A program made the translations under genes and the position numbers. A DNA stretch of 39,102 bases, taken from contig MCFE01000754.1 in assembly GCA_002104905.1 (NCBI GenBank), positions 1 to 39,102 on the forward strand, read 5' to 3'. Position 1 is the first letter of the stretch. Each line of letters starts with the position of its first letter. This document shows, piece after piece, positions 36,840-39,102 of the stretch. The notes below the pieces were generated by a model. The model made no database searches, had not been told where the DNA came from, and saw only the letters and a list, made by a program, of their open reading frames with translations. Origin of the DNA: Basidiobolus meristosporus CBS 931.73 (Eukaryota > Fungi > Basidiobolomycota).

Positions 36840-38285
36840 CTAGTGGATCATACCAGTGCCTTGCTTGAAGTTGGCAATGTCGAACCCTATTGTGCTAAGA
36901 CCTATGATGATTTCGAAAACTGTGGAATGATGTTAGAGAGTTTCGTGAGATAGCTGTACGTCGCATACTCACCTAAAAGGATGATGATGATCCACTCAAG
37001 CTGCTCGCCTAAACGGTGAAAACAGTTAGTAGGCTTGCTGCGCTAAAAGTTAGCTCTGTCACTTACTGTGGGAACTGTTCAAATGATCCTTCAGCATCTC
37101 TAGCAGATCACTGATGACCTTTACTCTTTGGTTGAGCAGGTCTACTCTTTGCCCGATCTCAAGGTACCCGCGGATTGTTTTATAGAGCGGCTTCAAGGAT
37201 GGCTCTGACCAGAAAATCTCTGGGGTATCCAGGATGTTGCTGACAAGGTTGACATTGATCCTCATAATGAAAAGTTGGCCGATCTTCTTTGTGATGGCGG
37301 TTCTTGACATGTTCACTTTTCCGGAACGTGCTATGTCCTGAGGAATGTGCTTGGTTGTGGCGATGGTTGCGTCAACAAGCTCCTCGAACAGAGTCATCTT
37401 CACCGATTGCGCAATTGCATGGGAAATGGTGAGCTTCACCATGTAGTTCGAGGGATTCTTCAGGGTGATGATATCGTTGAAGATATTAGGCTTCGCCAAG
37501 CTATTATACCGAAAATGAAGTTCCTCCGATTCCACATCAGCTGCATCGAGCTTCTCCTTCTCAAACGAGACAATTTCTTTGAGGATCCTTGCCTCTTCTA
37601 TTTCGGTGAATCCCCATAAAACACATACGCCGTAATCAAACAGAAAGACCTCTCCCATAAGAAAGGAGTTCAGTTCGTTCTCCTCGTAGTGATCGGGCTG
37701 CTGAAAACCATAGCTATGTGATCCAGTTTCTCCAGCGGACAAAGAGAGTAGGTCTCCGGTAGGAACGTTGCCATTGATGGACTCGGCATGGAAGGAAAGT
37801 GGTGTATATATACTTCTATGATGTTAGTACTAGAAAATGTGTATCTAAAAGGTTGGCCCACCATTCATCAAAGCGCTTTGGTGAGGCAAGGAAAGTCTTC
37901 TTCATTGTTTGAAAGTGTTTCATGAGGCTATCCATACGATAAGAACTAAAATGACACTCACAGTCAACCAACAAATCCAATTCTGAGTCGAACAGAAATG
38001 TACTCACGAGGCTGTACAGTAAGCGGTCACCCTAGGGAGATGCTTGATTCCTGCATAGCTCTCATCTTCAGTGAAATCGGGTAGAATATGGGCGTTTTCC
38101 TCTGCCTCAGGGAATAAAGCGAGTTTTTGTGAGGTTTTGGTGGTACGATTGGGTTGCTTACTCTTGTGACCACTACTCTCCGCTTCAATATTTGTCCCCT
38201 TTTGCGGGTATACCACCTTTTGCTGGATGGCTGGTGGATTTTGTGTAGGTAATAGACCAGATTCAGATATACGTCTTCTAGTCAT
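36840..38285 (-). CDS. RMD1: RMD1-family (DUF155) protein, paralog 2
   Basis: Same motifs as paralog 1 plus the shared N-terminal QPNRTTKTSQKLA; introns 37946-38007, 37813-37861, 37009-37066 and 36920-36972; start taken as the ATG at 38285. Confidence 0.86.
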
Positions 38286-39102
38286 GTTTGAAGGAAAGGC
38301 AAGAGCCAAAAATAAGCTCCTGAGAGGTTTTACCGTGGAATGCAGATACAAAGCTCTGATAATAATACCGTGACTGACTACGGTAATTACCCATCATGTA
38401 TGTTGAAAAAAAGGCTGATTAGGCCCATATAGTATTATCTGATATAATTAGAGTTTAGAGAAGAATCATTGGCTCAAAGTAAAATCAGCATAAATGAAGT
38501 CTGTCAAAAAGTGGGACCTCTCTGTACCCGCAACTGACAAATGGTTGTCCTACTTTAAATCTCCGAATCTTCGGGTCTAGGTAAGAGGACTTCCTGCGAT
38601 AACGACCTCGTTTTGGGGCGTATTATCCTGCGCGCTTAACCAACACAGCGAATTAATCAACCAGCGACAAATTACCGTAGAAACCATATTATCGAATTGT
38701 ACATCAGAATGACCAGAATTTCGACATCTAATTTTGATTAGATCGATGCTAAACATACTAGAGCATTGATTCCAACTTGGTCGTCACTTTCCTTTCCATA
38801 TTCGTTATAAAGCTCTTCGACTAAACCTCTGCTTTAGTCATGGAGAACGTATATACCCAAGCGTTTTGCTTTTTGCTGAGCATTCCTACATCCTATTGAC
38901 TTACGGGATGGAATATCCGAGCTAGTTAGATATAATCCACATCGAAATTTTGTTACTGACGAAACCATGTGCGACGGTGAACAAGAATATAAATGGTCTT
39001 TGAGGTTCGTGCATGCTTCTTTTTCGCCCGGGAGTTTGCTTGTACAAATATCAATGACATCCTTTCATAGATTTACATACAGTGAAGAGTTGAGTCCAGG
39101 TC

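Noticed and set aside
38352-39102. Terminal ORF-free region as a possible RNA gene
   Set aside because: No tRNA or rRNA hallmark or convincing stem structure seen; most simply upstream intergenic sequence

Overview
Eukaryotic, almost certainly fungal DNA (50-65 bp GT-AG introns, RMD1/SIZ-type/ACS-MFS genes, chromovirus remnant); an early-diverging lineage is a guess only. The window has two sharply different halves. (1) 1-~29,510 is a gene-free, CpG-depleted nest of degenerate transposons: chromovirus-type Ty3 remnants, a Ty3 element in an LTR-internal-LTR-internal tandem with a solo LTR inside its RT, two copies of one Ty1/copia family, and a 12.8-kb DNA transposon (13996-26815) with 345-bp TIRs, AGAC...GTCT termini and a 3-bp AAT target duplication. 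That DNA transposon carries an EnSpm/CMC-like (Transposase_21-type) transposase and uncharacterised divergent ORFs, and has its own 734-bp foldback MITE at 7778-8511. (2) ~29,770-39,102 is CpG-rich host DNA with four intron-containing genes: an ACS-family MFS transporter, a SAP/SP-RING (SIZ/PIAS-like) protein and two tandem RMD1-family paralogs. The most novel-looking item is the long-TIR AGAC/AAT transposon and its MITE. All coordinates, alignments and identities were read by eye and are approximate.
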